From positions 81,654,001-81,718,000 of the forward strand of contig NC_086108.1 in NCBI RefSeq assembly GCF_963921235.1: a DNA stretch of 64,000 nucleotides. The letters are read 5' to 3'. Position 1 is the first letter of the stretch. Each line of letters opens with the position of its first letter. The position numbers were made by a program, and so were the translations under genes. Source of the stretch: Mobula hypostoma. Taxonomy: Eukaryota. The notes beneath the pieces are model-generated. The model saw only the letters and a program-made list of their open reading frames with translations. It was not told the origin of the DNA and searched no databases. This document shows, one piece after another, positions 62,598-64,000 of the stretch.

Positions 62598-64000
62598 CAG
62601 TTGTAAGAAAAAGTTTGTGAACCCTTAGCAATGACCTGGTTTTTTGCATTAATTACTCATAAAATGTGGTCTGATCTTCATCTAAGTCACAATAGTAGAC
62701 AAACATAATCTGCCTAAACTAACACAAACAATTATACTGTTCAAAGTTGCTGGTGAATGCAGCAGGCCAGGCAGCATCTCTGGGAAGAGGAACAGTGACG
62801 TTTCAGGCCGAGACCCTTCGTCCTAATGAAGGGTCTCAGCCTGAAACGTCGACTGTACCTCTTCCTAGAGATGCTACCTGGCCTGCTGCGTTCACCAGCA
62901 ACTTTGATGTATGTTGCTTGAATTTCCAGCATCTGCAGAATTCCTCATGTTTGCAATTGTACTTTTCATGTCTTTATTGAACATATTGTTTAATCATTCA
63001 CAGATTAGGCTGGAAAAAGTATGTAAGGCCTTGTATTTAATAACTGGTGGAACCTCCTTTAGCAGCAGTGACCTCCAGCAAACATTTTCTGTAGCTGCTG
63101 ATCAGACTTGCACAGCGGTGAGGAGGAAACTTAGACCATTCCTTGATACAAAACTGTTTCAGTTTATCAGTATTTCTTGGATTCCTTGCATGACCAGCTC
63201 TCTTCAGGTCGTGCCACAACATCTCAATTGGGGTTAAAGTCTGGACTCTGATTTGGCCATTCCAAAACACAAATTTTCTTCTTTTTAAACTACTGTTGTT
63301 GATTTACTCTTATGTTTCAGATCATTGGCTTGTTGCATCATTCAACTTCTATTAAGCTTCAGGTGACGGACCGCTCTCCTGACATTCTCCTGTAAAGTTT
63401 CTTGATAGAATTTTGAATGCATTGTTCCCTCAACAATTGTAAGCTGTCCAGCAAAGCAGCCCCAAACCATCATGTGCCTTCCACCAAGCTTTACAGTTGG
63501 GATGAGGTGTTGGTGTGCCTTTTTCCTCCAAACATACCAAGGTGCATTTCTGCCAGAAAGTTCAACTTTTGTTTCATCTGTCCACAGAATATTGTCCCAG
63601 AGGTGTTGTGGAACATCCAGGTGGTCGTTTGCAAACTTGAGACATGCAACAATGTTTTTTTGGAGAGCAATAGTGCCCTTTCACGAATGCCATTCTTGTT
63701 CAGTGTTTTTCTTGTAGTGGACACATGAACAGAGACTTTAGCAAGTTCTAGAGATTTCTGCAGGTCTTTTGCTGTTTCCCTTGGGTTGTTTTTCACTTCG
63801 TTCAGCATTGCACATTGTGCTCTTGGTGTGATCTTGGCAGGATGCCCACTCCTAGGGAGAGTGGCAACAGTACTGAATTTTCTCCACTTGTAGACAACTG
63901 AGGACTAATGAACACTCGGGTCTTTAGAAATGCTTTTGCAGCCTTTTCCAGCTTCGTGCATCTCTACAATTCTTCCTCTGAGGTCCTCTGAAAGTTACTT
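62598..64000 (-). mobile_element. Tc1-like transposon (IR/DR type), degenerate, runs off the window
   Basis: TA|CAGTTG..AAAAAGTTTGTGAACCC TIR, with an inner direct repeat at ~63013. Transposase remnants EVKNNPRETAKDLQKSL and PIEMLWHDLKR. Confidence 0.85.
62742..62953. mobile_element. Short fold-back Penelope-like insertion within the Tc1 TIR
   Basis: ~80-bp inverted arms meeting at the hammerhead motif. Imperfect 13-bp TSD caattatactgtt/caattgtactttt. Confidence 0.72.

Overview
Eukaryotic, intron-rich, repeat-dense genomic DNA, most likely from a cartilaginous fish (ray/shark), inferred from the repeat families rather than proven. Four spliced protein-coding loci were assembled by hand. (1) DPH2: minus strand, 6 coding exons at 7534-1287, 499 aa. 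(2) A two-exon TEX38-like single-pass membrane protein gene: plus strand, 22254-23435, ~174 aa; the ORF track shows it only as an anonymous ORF. (3) A SELENOP2/SelPb-type selenoprotein gene: minus strand, 33168-30295, with an in-frame UGA in a U-W-F-C motif and a canonical type II SECIS at 29557-29620. (4) The first coding exon of USP24: plus strand, 48683-49000. The rest is mostly transposon-derived: CR1 and Rex/L2-like LINEs, Penelope-like fragments carrying minimal hammerhead ribozymes, three solo LTRs with intact TSDs, and hAT, Tigger and Tc1 DNA transposons and MITEs, some nested three layers deep. The most notable observations are the TEX38 homolog in a probable non-amniote, the very short SelPb followed by four in-frame UGA codons behind its stop, and the palindromic hammerhead-bearing Penelope insertions. 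No searches were run; comparisons to known proteins are from memory.
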